Assembly: GCA_965214705.1 (NCBI GenBank)
Contig: OZ243972.1
Span: 3,072,001-3,136,000 of the forward strand
DNA from: Alphaproteobacteria bacterium
Lineage (GTDB): Bacteria; Pseudomonadota; Alphaproteobacteria; UBA828
Length of the DNA: 64,000 nt
Direction: 5' to 3'
Shown here in pieces: positions 40,348 through 50,253 of this stretch; position 1 is the first letter of the stretch, and every line of letters starts with the position of its first letter. A model generated the notes under the pieces. The model did not search any database and was not told the DNA's origin. It saw only the letters and a list, made by a program, of their open reading frames with translations. The position numbers were made by a program, and so were the translations under genes.

Positions 40348-41049
40348 GTGTCTTCACTCGACTACACCTACGAGCATCTCGATGAGGTCGTCTCGCGCGA
40401 CGCCTTCGTGGCGCCGGAATTCGACACGTCGCGAACCGCTCTGTTGGCGATGGACATCCAGAAGCTCTGTGTGGATCCCGCCGGGGCCGCCTATATCCCG
40501 AGCGTCGCCGGTGCGCCGGAAGGCAAGGACGTCATCGAGCCGATCTGCCGGGTCATCGACCACTGCCGTTCGATCGGCATCCCGGTGTTCTATTCCGCGT
40601 GGGGCCTGCGCGGCGACGGTGCCGACAAGGGCATCTGCGCCCTCAAGTGGCCAGGCATGAATCCGGGGACCCCGGACTCGCCGGCGACCTGGGGAGGACG
40701 TGATGCCGAGCTCGACAACGCGATCAAGCCGGCCGACAACGAAATCCTCATGCGAAAGAGCCGCTTCAGCTCGTTCTACAACACCGAGTTCGACGAGTAT
40801 CTGCGGGAGCTGGGCTGCGACACCGTCGTGATCGCCGGCGTGACCAGCGCCAACTGCGCGCATGCGACCTGCATCGACGGCTGGAACAAGACCTACAAGA
40901 TGGTGGTGCTTGCGGATTGCACCACCTCGATTCCCCATTCAGGCCAGGGGCAACCCATGGGAACCGGGCAGCACTGGGAGGCGCTGCGCAATATCCAGAT
41001 GAATTACGGAGACGTTCGGACCAGCAAGGAGTTCATCGACCTGACGTGA
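40348..41049 (+). CDS. isochorismatase-family cysteine hydrolase
   Basis: ALLAMDIQ, KSRFSSFY, GVTSANCA (D-K-C triad); GAGGGAGG RBS. Confidence 0.88.
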   Translation: MSSLDYTYEHLDEVVSRDAFVAPEFDTSRTALLAMDIQKLCVDPAGAAYIPSVAGAPEGKDVIEPICRVIDHCRSIGIPVFYSAWGLRGDGADKGICALKWPGMNPGTPDSPATWGGRDAELDNAIKPADNEILMRKSRFSSFYNTEFDEYLRELGCDTVVIAGVTSANCAHATCIDGWNKTYKMVVLADCTTSIPHSGQGQPMGTGQHWEALRNIQMNYGDVRTSKEFIDLT

Positions 41050-41098
41050 GCGAGTGTCGCCGAGCGTCCGCACAACGAGCAGAAAGGGAGTGACAGGC

Positions 41099-42268
41099 AT
41101 GGCTAGGAGACGAATTCCCAGCAAGTGGTACGACATGGAGAATGCGCCCAACACCGTGACGCGGCGTTCGGTGATGAAGGGCGCGGCAGTAGCGACCGCC
41201 GGCGCGGGCCTCGTCGCCGGCGGGGTTGCCGGCGGTAGCAGCCCGGCGGTGGCCGACAGTCATTTGAGCGGCGGGTTCGCGATTCCCGAATATGACGCGA
41301 TCATCCGCTCGATGGCCGAGGGGAGGACCCTGAAGGTCGGCTTCACGCCGCCCGTTCTCTCCGAGTTCTTCGACGAGATCGAGCATGCGTGCTGGCGCAA
41401 GTGCCACGAATACACCGAGCGCTTCGGTGTCCAGTGGTCATGGCACAGGGCGGCGCCGACCGGCGACTTCGATACCGTCGAGGAACACTTCGACCTGATC
41501 CAGAACTGGGTTACGGCCGGCATGGACGCCATCATTATCTGCACGGCGGGCGACTTCAAAGCCATGCAGAAGGTGTTCTCGGACGCGCGGGCAAAGGGCA
41601 CACGGATCATCCAGCTCAACATGCCGATGGAGCTCTGGCCGATCGACGAGGTGCAGTCGGATACAGCCGTCGGTTACAACAACGCTCTCCAGGCTGGATA
41701 CATCGCCGGCGAGTACATCGCCAAGCAGCTCGGTGGCGAGGGCAAGATGCTTCAGGTCTGGGGGCCGTCCGGCCACTGGGCGGAATCCCGCGACAACGGG
41801 CTGAAGCTCGCGCTCGAGAGTTATCCGGGTCTCGAGATCGTCGGCAAGGCAGACGGCGGCTATGTCCGGGACAAGGGCTTCGCCGCTGCACAGAACCTCC
41901 TGAGTGCCAATCCCAACGTAAACGCCGTCTACGGCGAGAACGAGGAGATGGGCCTGGGCGCCTCTCTCGCGATCTCGTCGCTCGGGCTCAAGCATTGGGA
42001 CGGCACCGACGGAATTCTCACCATCGGCGCCGACGGCCTGCGCTCGGGCTACCAGGAAATCCGCGACGGCCGGCTCACCGCGACAATCGACGTGGGTACG
42101 GTCGATCAGGGTCTGGAGTCGGTGCGGATGGCGTTCGAGCTCGTCGTCTTGCAGCACACCGTCGGCAGGCTGCATAATCAGCCGACCAAGGTGGTTGACA
42201 AGACCAACGTCGAATACGCCGACGCGTACGTGACGTGGGCGTTAGGCGCCGAGGAAATTTCCGGATAG
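41099..42268 (+). CDS. RbsB-like sugar ABC substrate-binding protein, Tat-like signal
   Basis: TRRSVMKG; NPNVNAVYGENEEMGLGA; IGADG. Confidence 0.88.
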   Translation: MARRRIPSKWYDMENAPNTVTRRSVMKGAAVATAGAGLVAGGVAGGSSPAVADSHLSGGFAIPEYDAIIRSMAEGRTLKVGFTPPVLSEFFDEIEHACWRKCHEYTERFGVQWSWHRAAPTGDFDTVEEHFDLIQNWVTAGMDAIIICTAGDFKAMQKVFSDARAKGTRIIQLNMPMELWPIDEVQSDTAVGYNNALQAGYIAGEYIAKQLGGEGKMLQVWGPSGHWAESRDNGLKLALESYPGLEIVGKADGGYVRDKGFAAAQNLLSANPNVNAVYGENEEMGLGASLAISSLGLKHWDGTDGILTIGADGLRSGYQEIRDGRLTATIDVGTVDQGLESVRMAFELVVLQHTVGRLHNQPTKVVDKTNVEYADAYVTWALGAEEISG

Positions 42269-42329
42269 AAGCGGGAACGGGCGCCGGACGTGATTGCCGG
42301 CGCCCGCTTTCCCTTATACGGAGGCTCAG

Positions 42330-42884
42330 ATGGATCTGACTGGCAAGCGAGTGGCTCTCCTCGTCGAGGAGGAATATCAGGAACTGGAGGTCTGGTACCC
42401 GAACCTGCGGCTGCAGGAGGCGGGCGCCACGGTGGTGACCGTCGGCAGTGGCCGCAAGACGACCTTCGGCAGCAAGCTAGGTTACCTGATCGACGCCGAC
42501 AAGTCGGCGGATGAGGTCAGCGCCGACGAATTTGACGCGGTTATCGTGCCGGGCGGCTTCGCGCCCGACTACATGCGCCTCAGCCGACCCATGGTCGATC
42601 TCGTCAAGGACGTCTACGAGGATGGCAAGCTGGTCGCCGCTATCTGCCATGGCGGCTGGATGCTCGTGTCTGCGGGGGCCGTAAACGGGCGCCGGGCAAC
42701 GGGATACGACCCGATCCGCGTCGATGTCGAGAATGCCGGCGGCACTTGGGTGGACGAAGAGGTGGTGATTGACGGCAACGTGATCACCTCGCGGACCCCG
42801 CCGGACCTGCCCGCCTTCGCCCGCGAGATCATCCGCTATCTGGCGGAGGAGCAGACGTCGCAGAAGGCCGCAGCAGCCGAGTAG
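42330..42884 (+). CDS. DJ-1/PfpI-family protein
   Basis: YQELEVWYP, VPGGFAPD, AICHGGW, ITSRTPPDLPAF. Confidence 0.92.
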   Translation: MDLTGKRVALLVEEEYQELEVWYPNLRLQEAGATVVTVGSGRKTTFGSKLGYLIDADKSADEVSADEFDAVIVPGGFAPDYMRLSRPMVDLVKDVYEDGKLVAAICHGGWMLVSAGAVNGRRATGYDPIRVDVENAGGTWVDEEVVIDGNVITSRTPPDLPAFAREIIRYLAEEQTSQKAAAAE

Positions 42885-42929
42885 AGCCGTGGTGCGGCCG
42901 AACCTTCCAGTCACGGCGCCGGGGTGACC

Positions 42930-44615
42930 ATGAACTACCATGCCGCGAAACCGGAGCCGGTGGACGCCGTGATCGTCGGCTGCGGTGCCTCCGGCTCCAC
43001 GGCTGCCAAGGTCCTGAGCGAGGCAGGGTTCAAGGTTGTGGGCCTGGATCGGGGCCCCTGGCTGAAGCCGGAGGACTATTCCGGGGACGAGCTGAAATAC
43101 GTCAACCGGAACTTTCTGTGGCCCGATCCCACGCTGAAGCCGCGGACCGTCCGGGAGGACGAGGACTCGCCCACGGAGTTGTTCCCGTTCTCGCCGCTCC
43201 CCCAGCTCGTCGGTGGCGGAACTGTACATTGGGCGGGCTGGCTTCCCCGCCCGATGCCGTCGGACTTCATCCAGCGCACTCTGCACGGCGACTTGTCGGA
43301 CGCGAGCTTGGCTGACTGGCCATTCCTTTACGACGACCTCGAGCCCTACCTGAGCAAGGTCGAGTGGGAGTTCGGCTGCACCGGCCTCGACGGGGCGGAC
43401 AAGTACGCGCCACCTCGCAGCAAACCCTACCCAAGCCCGCCGCTGCCGCCCACGAAGTTCGCGAAGGTGTTCTACGACGCCTGTGCCAAGCTCGACATCA
43501 ACGGGTTCCCCTTGCCGCACGCCATGGTTTCGACGGCTCACAAGGGGCGCAACCCGTCCAACTGGACGGGGTTCTGGAACCAGTATGGCGATCCCACGAC
43601 GACGCGCTCCAACGCAGCGACCACGTTCATTCCCGAGGCGCTCGCAACCGGGAACTACGAGCTGCGGCCCGAATGCTTCGTCACTCGTGTGAGCACACGG
43701 CCGGATGGCACGGCGAAGGGCGTGGTCTATCTCGACATCGACGGGCGGGAGGTGGAGCAGGAAGCCCGCCTCGTGCTTCTGTGTCAGGGCGCGATCGAGT
43801 CCGCCCGGCTCCTGCTGCTCTCGGAGTCTGCCGCCTTCCCGGACGGTTTGGCGAACGCGAGTGGACTGGTGGGCAAGAATGCCACCTTCCACGAGTATCT
43901 CTACGCCGTCGGCCTGTTCGAGCGTGAGCTATACGGGCCGCTGTGCGGCTTTACCGGCAACTATATCAGCGGCGGCTCAATGCAATTCTACGAGACCGAC
44001 GAGGGGCGCGGCCATATCGGGGGCTGCATCATCGCCGCGTCGCAGGTGGGTCACCCGATAAACTGGAATTTCCCCGGCCGGCCGCTCTGGGGCGAGGCGG
44101 CGAAGGACGGCGATCGGGAGTTCTACAACTACTCGATGAAGATCGGGCTGATCCTTCACGACATGCCCGTGGAGAGCAATCGGGTCGACCTAGACCCCGA
44201 GATCACGGACGCCTGGGGTCTGCCCGTCGCGCGCATCACCCACAAGCCGCACCCGAACGATGTGAAGATGGCCAAGTGGCAGGTCGACAAGAACCAGGAG
44301 ATCCTAGGCGCGGCCGGTGCGGCCAAGACCATTCCGGTCTACCTGGAGCGCAGCACCGGCAACACCTGCCATCAGCACGGCACGCTGCGCATGGGCTTCG
44401 ACCCTGACAAGTCGGTCCTGAACGAGTGGTGCCGGAGCCATCAGGTTCCCAACCTCTATGTCCTCGACGGCAGCGGCTTCCCCACCGCTCTCGGGGTCAA
44501 CCCGACTCTCACCATGATGGCCAATGCGTGGCGCTGCTCCGAATACATCGTCGAACACCACGCGAACGGGAACGAGGTTCGCCTCGACAAGCCCAAGGTG
44601 GAGGTTTCCGCCTGA
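42930..44615 (+). CDS. GMC oxidoreductase (gluconate 2-dehydrogenase flavoprotein-like)
   Basis: VGCGASG, VGGGTVHW, HQHGTLRMG, NPTLTMMA. Confidence 0.92.
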   Translation: MNYHAAKPEPVDAVIVGCGASGSTAAKVLSEAGFKVVGLDRGPWLKPEDYSGDELKYVNRNFLWPDPTLKPRTVREDEDSPTELFPFSPLPQLVGGGTVHWAGWLPRPMPSDFIQRTLHGDLSDASLADWPFLYDDLEPYLSKVEWEFGCTGLDGADKYAPPRSKPYPSPPLPPTKFAKVFYDACAKLDINGFPLPHAMVSTAHKGRNPSNWTGFWNQYGDPTTTRSNAATTFIPEALATGNYELRPECFVTRVSTRPDGTAKGVVYLDIDGREVEQEARLVLLCQGAIESARLLLLSESAAFPDGLANASGLVGKNATFHEYLYAVGLFERELYGPLCGFTGNYISGGSMQFYETDEGRGHIGGCIIAASQVGHPINWNFPGRPLWGEAAKDGDREFYNYSMKIGLILHDMPVESNRVDLDPEITDAWGLPVARITHKPHPNDVKMAKWQVDKNQEILGAAGAAKTIPVYLERSTGNTCHQHGTLRMGFDPDKSVLNEWCRSHQVPNLYVLDGSGFPTALGVNPTLTMMANAWRCSEYIVEHHANGNEVRLDKPKVEVSA

Positions 44616-44630
44616 ACACGGAGGACGCGT

Positions 44631-45329
44631 ATGGCGAGCAAGGCGGAGTGGCCAGCGGCGCCTGCCGATCTCACGCAAGAATCCAATGAGCGCCTGTTCT
44701 TCAGCGATCACGAGTGGGAGACGATTGACGCGGCGACGGCGCGCATCTATCCCACCGATCACCAACCCGGCGCGCGCGAAGCCCGGGTCGTCCGTTTCAT
44801 TGACCGCTACCTCTCGGGCATCGACTATATCTATGCGAGCGCGGACGGGAGCGGCTTCCTGCAGATGAGCGGGAAGCTCGCCGACGCTTGGCGCGCCCGC
44901 AACGCCGCCATGCGGCGCACCTATCGCGACGGGATCGCGGAACTCGACCGCATCGCCGTCCGGCGCCACAGCAAGCCCTTCGCTGAGCTGACGGAAGCGG
45001 AGCAGGACGGTGTGCTCGAGGAGCTGTCGGGAGCGCCGAAGCCGAAACCGGTTACGCTGACCGATACCGGGCCGCTCGGCACCATGTTGCAGGGGGTCGC
45101 CGACGACGGAATGGGATTCTTCGATGCGCTTTGCCTGCACACCCGCCAGGGCATGTATTCCGATCCCGCCTACGGAGGAAACAGGGACCATGTGGGTTGG
45201 GAGATCGTCGAATTTCCAGGACCGAAGTCGCTCGCCGACACCAACGACTGCAGCTACAGCGTCAAGGAATACTTCGTTCACGATTACGGGTGGGAAGACC
45301 TGATCCCCTTCATGAGGAAAAAGGGGTAG
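44631..45329 (+). CDS. gluconate 2-dehydrogenase subunit 3 family protein
   Basis: ARIYPTD..PGAREARVVRFID; GMYSDPAYGGNRDHVGW...FPG. Confidence 0.9.
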   Translation: MASKAEWPAAPADLTQESNERLFFSDHEWETIDAATARIYPTDHQPGAREARVVRFIDRYLSGIDYIYASADGSGFLQMSGKLADAWRARNAAMRRTYRDGIAELDRIAVRRHSKPFAELTEAEQDGVLEELSGAPKPKPVTLTDTGPLGTMLQGVADDGMGFFDALCLHTRQGMYSDPAYGGNRDHVGWEIVEFPGPKSLADTNDCSYSVKEYFVHDYGWEDLIPFMRKKG

Positions 45330-45333
45330 GCAG

Positions 45334-46944
45334 GTGACTGCGGCCGCCGAGACCGCGCCGGAGGAAACCCGATCCGTGGCCGAGGTGCTGGCGATCGACC
45401 ACCTGGTGAAGCGGTTTCCCGGCACGGTCGCGGTCGATGATGTGAGCTTCGCCATCGAGCGCGGCGCCATTCACGCGCTGGTCGGCGAGAACGGCGCAGG
45501 CAAGTCGACCATCATCAAGGTTCTCTCCGGCGTCTACCAGCCGGATGGCGGGCAGGTTCTGGTGCGCGGGGAGCCAACGCGCATACGTTCGCCCCACCAC
45601 GCCCAGGAGCTGGGCGTCACCACGATCCACCAGGAACAGACCCTCATCGACAGCCTGACGGCGATCGAGAACGTGTTCCTGGGACGCGAGCATCTGCGCG
45701 GGCCGCTCCGGCTCCGACGGGTGCTGAACATCGTCGATACCGGCCGCATGCGCCAGGAGGTTCTCTCCCTCTTCGAAGACTTCGAGTTCGACACCACGCA
45801 GCTCGGTCGCTCCGTCCGTAATCTCTCCGGCCTGGATAAGCAGATCGTCGAGATCGTCAAGGCCCTCGCCTTCCGCTCCGAGGTCATCATCATGGACGAA
45901 CCGACCGCCGGGCTGACGGAGCACGAGCGCGTAGCACTGTTCCGTCACATGCGCCGGCTTCAGGATCGGGAGACAGCCATCCTCTGGGTGACCCACCGCC
46001 TGGAGGAGCTGGAGGGGATGGCCGACCGCGTGCATGTCCTGCGCGACGCCCGGTTGGTCGGCACGCTCACGAAGGAAGAAGTGACGCCCGCCCGCGTCGT
46101 CAGAATGATGATCGGGCGCGACGTCGAATCCATGGAAAGCCTCGTCGCTGAGCAGAAGGGTACGGCGGCGGAGACGGCCGACCACGACGAGGTCCTGCGC
46201 GTCGAAGGTCTTTCGAGAGGCCGGGACTTCACAGATGTTTCTTTCGTGGTCCGCCGCGGCGAAATTTTCGGGATCGGCGGCCTCGCCGGGGCCGGGCGCA
46301 CTGCGCTCGCGCGGGCCGTCATCGGCGCGGATCGCCTGGATTCGGGCGAGATCCGCATCCAAAACAAGCGAGTCGGCATCCGCAACACGGCCCGCGCACT
46401 AACGGCTGGCATCGCCTATGTCCCGAAGGAGCGGAAGACGCAGGGGATCCTGCCCGAGTTCAGCGTGACCCGGAACATCACGATGTCGGCGCTCGAGCGC
46501 TTTCGTCGCGCCGGCCTTCTCAATTCCCGAATGGAGTCCGACGAAGCAGATCGCTACATCGGGGACCTGCAGATCCGGGCGCGCAGCAACCGCCAGCCGA
46601 TCTCCTCGCTGAGCGGCGGCAACCAGCAGAAGGCGATCATCGCCCGCGCGCTCTCGGCCGGTCCGGCGGTGATCATCTTCGACGAGCCGACGCAGGGCGT
46701 CGATATCGGCGCCAAGATGGAGATCTTCAAGCTGATCAACGACTACGTGGCCGGCGGCGGCAGCGCGGTGATCATCTCATCGGAGATGGTCGAGCTCCTG
46801 GGCCTGTGCAGCCGCGTTCTGGTGATGCGCAAAGGGCAGGTCGTCGGCGAGCTGCCGGGCTATCAGACGGCCGGCGGCGAGACGGACGTCCATTCACTCG
46901 AGGAACGCTTCATGGCTCTCGCGGTGGGGGCTAGGCCCGCCTGA
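45334..46944 (+). CDS. sugar ABC ATP-binding protein (RbsA-like, two NBDs)
   Basis: GENGAGKST, MDEPT, LSGGNQQK, FDEPTQGVDIGAK. Confidence 0.93.
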   Translation: MTAAAETAPEETRSVAEVLAIDHLVKRFPGTVAVDDVSFAIERGAIHALVGENGAGKSTIIKVLSGVYQPDGGQVLVRGEPTRIRSPHHAQELGVTTIHQEQTLIDSLTAIENVFLGREHLRGPLRLRRVLNIVDTGRMRQEVLSLFEDFEFDTTQLGRSVRNLSGLDKQIVEIVKALAFRSEVIIMDEPTAGLTEHERVALFRHMRRLQDRETAILWVTHRLEELEGMADRVHVLRDARLVGTLTKEEVTPARVVRMMIGRDVESMESLVAEQKGTAAETADHDEVLRVEGLSRGRDFTDVSFVVRRGEIFGIGGLAGAGRTALARAVIGADRLDSGEIRIQNKRVGIRNTARALTAGIAYVPKERKTQGILPEFSVTRNITMSALERFRRAGLLNSRMESDEADRYIGDLQIRARSNRQPISSLSGGNQQKAIIARALSAGPAVIIFDEPTQGVDIGAKMEIFKLINDYVAGGGSAVIISSEMVELLGLCSRVLVMRKGQVVGELPGYQTAGGETDVHSLEERFMALAVGARPA

Positions 46945-46946
46945 TC

Positions 46947-48008
46947 ATGCGCCGTTATCTCGGACAGGCATTCGCCGCCGACGGTGTGGCGATCGGCCTC
47001 GCCCTGATCATTGCCGTGCTCGCCTTCTCGATCCTCGAGCCGGCGTTCTGGTCGATCGACAACGTGCTGAACGTCATCGTCCAGTCCGCCTTCATCATGC
47101 TGCTCGCGGTGGGGATGACCTTCGTGCTGACTGCCGGCGGCATCGACCTCTCGGTCGGCACGGTGCTGGGGTTCAGCGCCGGTGTCTCCATGTACGTAAT
47201 GGGCGAAGGCTACTGGTTCGGCATAGCCATCCTCGCGGGCTTCGGCACGGGCATTTTCTTCGGCCTGCTCAACGGCTTCCTCGTCGCCCGTCTCGGGCTC
47301 AACGACTTCATCGTGACACTCGGCTCGCTCGGCGTGGCCGGCGGCGCGCTCCGGCTCCTCGACTCCATTCGACCGCTCCGGCTCGAACGCGTGGTGGAGG
47401 AGACCGAGGCGTTCACCTTCCTCGCCCACGGCAAAGTGATCGGCATCCCGGTCCCGATCATCATCGCGGTCGGCGTGGTCATCGGCCTCGAGGTCCTGCT
47501 CAGGCGCTCGCCATTCGGGCGCCGCGTCCAGGCCGTCGGGATGCAGCGGGACGCCGCCGAACTCGCGGGCATCAACGTCGCGCGCATCCGCCACACGGTC
47601 TTCATCATGGCGGGGCTGCTCGCCGCCGTCGCCGGTGTGCTGATGGCTGCGCGGCTCTCGTCCGTGCCGGCGCGGCTGGGCCTCGGCTTCGAACTGCAGG
47701 CCATCGCCGCTGCTGTTCTCGGCGGTACCAGCCTGTTCGGCGGACGCGGCACCGTGGTCGGGACCGCTCTTGCGGCGCTGCTTCTCGCAACCCTCAACGC
47801 CGGACTGCAGATCTCCGGCGTGGATGCCACCTGGTATCGGGTGATTCTGGGCGTCGGCATTGTCGCTGCGGTTGCCTTCCATCAGTGGACGGTGCGCTTC
47901 TCGGCGGCCCAGGCGCTCGGCCCAGCGCTGACGCGCCCGCCCCCGCGCTCTGATGGAAGATCAAGTGACGCCGGCCAAGAGGATGCCCGCGGGGAGGCCG
48001 GACGATGA
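46947..48008 (+). CDS. sugar ABC permease (RbsC-like)
   Basis: GGIDLSVG, ELQAIAAAVLGGTSLFGGRG. Confidence 0.92.
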   Translation: MRRYLGQAFAADGVAIGLALIIAVLAFSILEPAFWSIDNVLNVIVQSAFIMLLAVGMTFVLTAGGIDLSVGTVLGFSAGVSMYVMGEGYWFGIAILAGFGTGIFFGLLNGFLVARLGLNDFIVTLGSLGVAGGALRLLDSIRPLRLERVVEETEAFTFLAHGKVIGIPVPIIIAVGVVIGLEVLLRRSPFGRRVQAVGMQRDAAELAGINVARIRHTVFIMAGLLAAVAGVLMAARLSSVPARLGLGFELQAIAAAVLGGTSLFGGRGTVVGTALAALLLATLNAGLQISGVDATWYRVILGVGIVAAVAFHQWTVRFSAAQALGPALTRPPPRSDGRSSDAGQEDARGEAGR

Positions 48009-49009
48009 ACGCGCTGGGCTTCGCCCGCCGCTCGGCGCGGTGGGCATTCGCTCAACCGTGGAGCGGCATCGCGCTCTTCCTGATCGTGGTCTTTGTGGTG
48101 ATGAGCTTCGCCTCGCCGGTTTTCCTCACCTCGATCAACCTGCTCAACATCCTCAACCAGTCGGCCTTCCTCATGATTCTGGCAGCTGGCATGGCGATCG
48201 TGCTCATGGGAGGCGGCATTGACCTCTCGGTGGGCGCGATTGCCGGGCTGGTGGGCGGGGTCGCCGCTTGGCTGATTGCCGAGACAGGCACGCCGCTGTT
48301 CGGCGCCATCCTGGTCGGTCTGGTGGTGGCGCTTGGCCTCGGCACGCTCAACGCGCTCATCATCATTCACCTGCGCATCCCGGACTTCATCGCGACACTC
48401 GCCATGCTGGGCTTCGTGCGCGGGCTGTTGCACGTCTGGACCGAAGGCGTGCCCTTCATCAATTACAGCAGCAACGACTTCCGTATCCTCGGCGGTCTCT
48501 TCCGCCTTATCGGTGGCGTCACGGCGCCCGAGGTCATCGCCCTCTTCATCGTCGTTGGCGCGATCCTGATCCTCCTCTTCACCAAGTTCGGCCGGCACCT
48601 GCGGGCGACCGGCGACAACCCGGATATCGCGCGCCTTTCCGGCGTCAACGTCATCCGCACGAAGTACACCATCTACCTCATTTCCGGCTTTCTAGCCGGC
48701 GTCGTCGGCATCCTGCTGGCGGGCCGTCTGATGACGGTCCAGGCGAACATGGGTCTCGGAATGGAGATCAAGGCGCTGGCCGCGGCGATCATGGGCGGTG
48801 CGGTCTTGACCGGCGGGCGCGGAAGCATTCTGGGCGCCGTGCTCGGCGCGCTCGCGCTCACGATAATTCAGAACATCATCAACCTGTTCGGCATCGAACC
48901 GGCCTGGGAGACCCTGGTCGTGGGCGCGATCATCCTGATCGTAGTCTTCTCGGGCAAGGCGCCCGAGCTCCTCGCCACGTCCCGTCGTGTACCGAAGGCG
49001 CCCGATTAG
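48005..49009 (+). CDS. sugar ABC permease (RbsC-like)
   Basis: GGIDLSVG, FGRHLRATGDN, AIMGGAVLTGGRGS. Confidence 0.92.
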   Translation: MNALGFARRSARWAFAQPWSGIALFLIVVFVVMSFASPVFLTSINLLNILNQSAFLMILAAGMAIVLMGGGIDLSVGAIAGLVGGVAAWLIAETGTPLFGAILVGLVVALGLGTLNALIIIHLRIPDFIATLAMLGFVRGLLHVWTEGVPFINYSSNDFRILGGLFRLIGGVTAPEVIALFIVVGAILILLFTKFGRHLRATGDNPDIARLSGVNVIRTKYTIYLISGFLAGVVGILLAGRLMTVQANMGLGMEIKALAAAIMGGAVLTGGRGSILGAVLGALALTIIQNIINLFGIEPAWETLVVGAIILIVVFSGKAPELLATSRRVPKAPD

Positions 49010-49079
49010 CTGCCGTTTGGCCGCCTGTCACCGCACCGCCGTCGCCGATCGATGGGAAGGTCCGGGTGAGAGGGGCCCC

Positions 49080-49228
49080 AACGGCCGATGCCAAACCGTC
49101 GGCCCGCCTCGTGATGTCTCAGACCCTCATCGACAACCGCCAGCCGAAACGCCGCGCGGAGTTCCACGCCGAGCATCCCCCACTCCGTGCCCGGGCACAC
49201 ATGGCGATATAGTTGGCGCACTCTTACG
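49080..49228 (-). pseudogene. IS21-family istA N-terminal remnant with degenerate left end
   Basis: GGAG RBS, ATG 49176: MLGVELRAAFRLAVVDEGLRHHEAGRRFGI resembles the IstA N-terminal HTH. Confidence 0.55.
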
Positions 49229-49414
49229 GTGCCGCGATCGCACCGCCCGGCCGCCTCGCGTGCCGCATCGTCCCTCCGCCGTCAACATGCCCGCCTTGTG
49301 CCGCGCAACGAGCCGTTCCGGCAGACCGGCGACTGCCGGCACACAGTCAGCAGGAGACATACGGCTCTCACCCAGACTGAAGCAACGCAGTCACACGAGG
49401 TTTCTCGTCTCCAC

Positions 49415-50197
49415 TCAGCCCTCGAATCGCATGCCGCCGTTGATGTGCAGAATCTGGCCCGTGATGAAGGACGACAGGTCCGACAACAGGAACGCGACCG
49501 CATTGCCGATGTCGTCCGGTCGCCCCAGGCGGCGAAGCGGGATGATTTCGGCCCAGCTATCGACGGTCGCCTCGCCGAAGGGATCGAGCATGGGCGTTCG
49601 AATGATGCCCGGCGCAATCCCGTTGACCCGAATGCCCTCCGGGGCGAGTACGCGGGCATAAGTCTTCGTGACGCAATTCAAACCTGCCTTGGACACGTTG
49701 TAGGGAATGCCCTCGGGCCCGGCGCCTTCATTGGCCGAAATGGAGGAGCTGATATTGATCACGCATCCCGAACGCTGCTCGCGCAGATGGCCGAGCACTG
49801 CGTTGGTCAGGAACACCGGTCCGCGCAAGTTAACCGAGAGAGTCCGGTCCCACGAACCTTCGGTGAGTTCCTCGAGCGGAAAGAGCTCAATGATCCCGGC
49901 GTTGTTGACCAGATGATCGATACGGCCGAACGTATCTAGCGCTTCCCGGACGAATCGTTTCCCGTCGTCTATGCTGGCGGTGTCGCCTTCCACGACCACG
50001 GCATTGCCGCCGAGTTCGACCACCTCATCGCGCAGCCGCACGGCATCGTCGGCCCCGCTGTGCGTGTGCAGAACGAGATTGCTGTCGCAGCGGGCAAGCA
50101 CTTTCGCGATTCCCTGCCCGATCCCGCCAGTCGCGCCGGTGACGATCGTGGTCTTCCCCGACAAGTCGAATGCAATCTGAGAGGTTCCGTCCGTCAT
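49415..50197 (-). CDS. SDR-family oxidoreductase
   Basis: TGATGGIG, NNAG, YNVSK, VNGIAPG. Confidence 0.92.
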   Translation of the reverse strand: MTDGTSQIAFDLSGKTTIVTGATGGIGQGIAKVLARCDSNLVLHTHSGADDAVRLRDEVVELGGNAVVVEGDTASIDDGKRFVREALDTFGRIDHLVNNAGIIELFPLEELTEGSWDRTLSVNLRGPVFLTNAVLGHLREQRSGCVINISSSISANEGAGPEGIPYNVSKAGLNCVTKTYARVLAPEGIRVNGIAPGIIRTPMLDPFGEATVDSWAEIIPLRRLGRPDDIGNAVAFLLSDLSSFITGQILHINGGMRFEG

Positions 50198-50253
50198 CGT
50201 CCTTGCTCCTTTCTCTTCACGCCGGTCCTGCCAAGCGGACTCGCAACTGCCGT

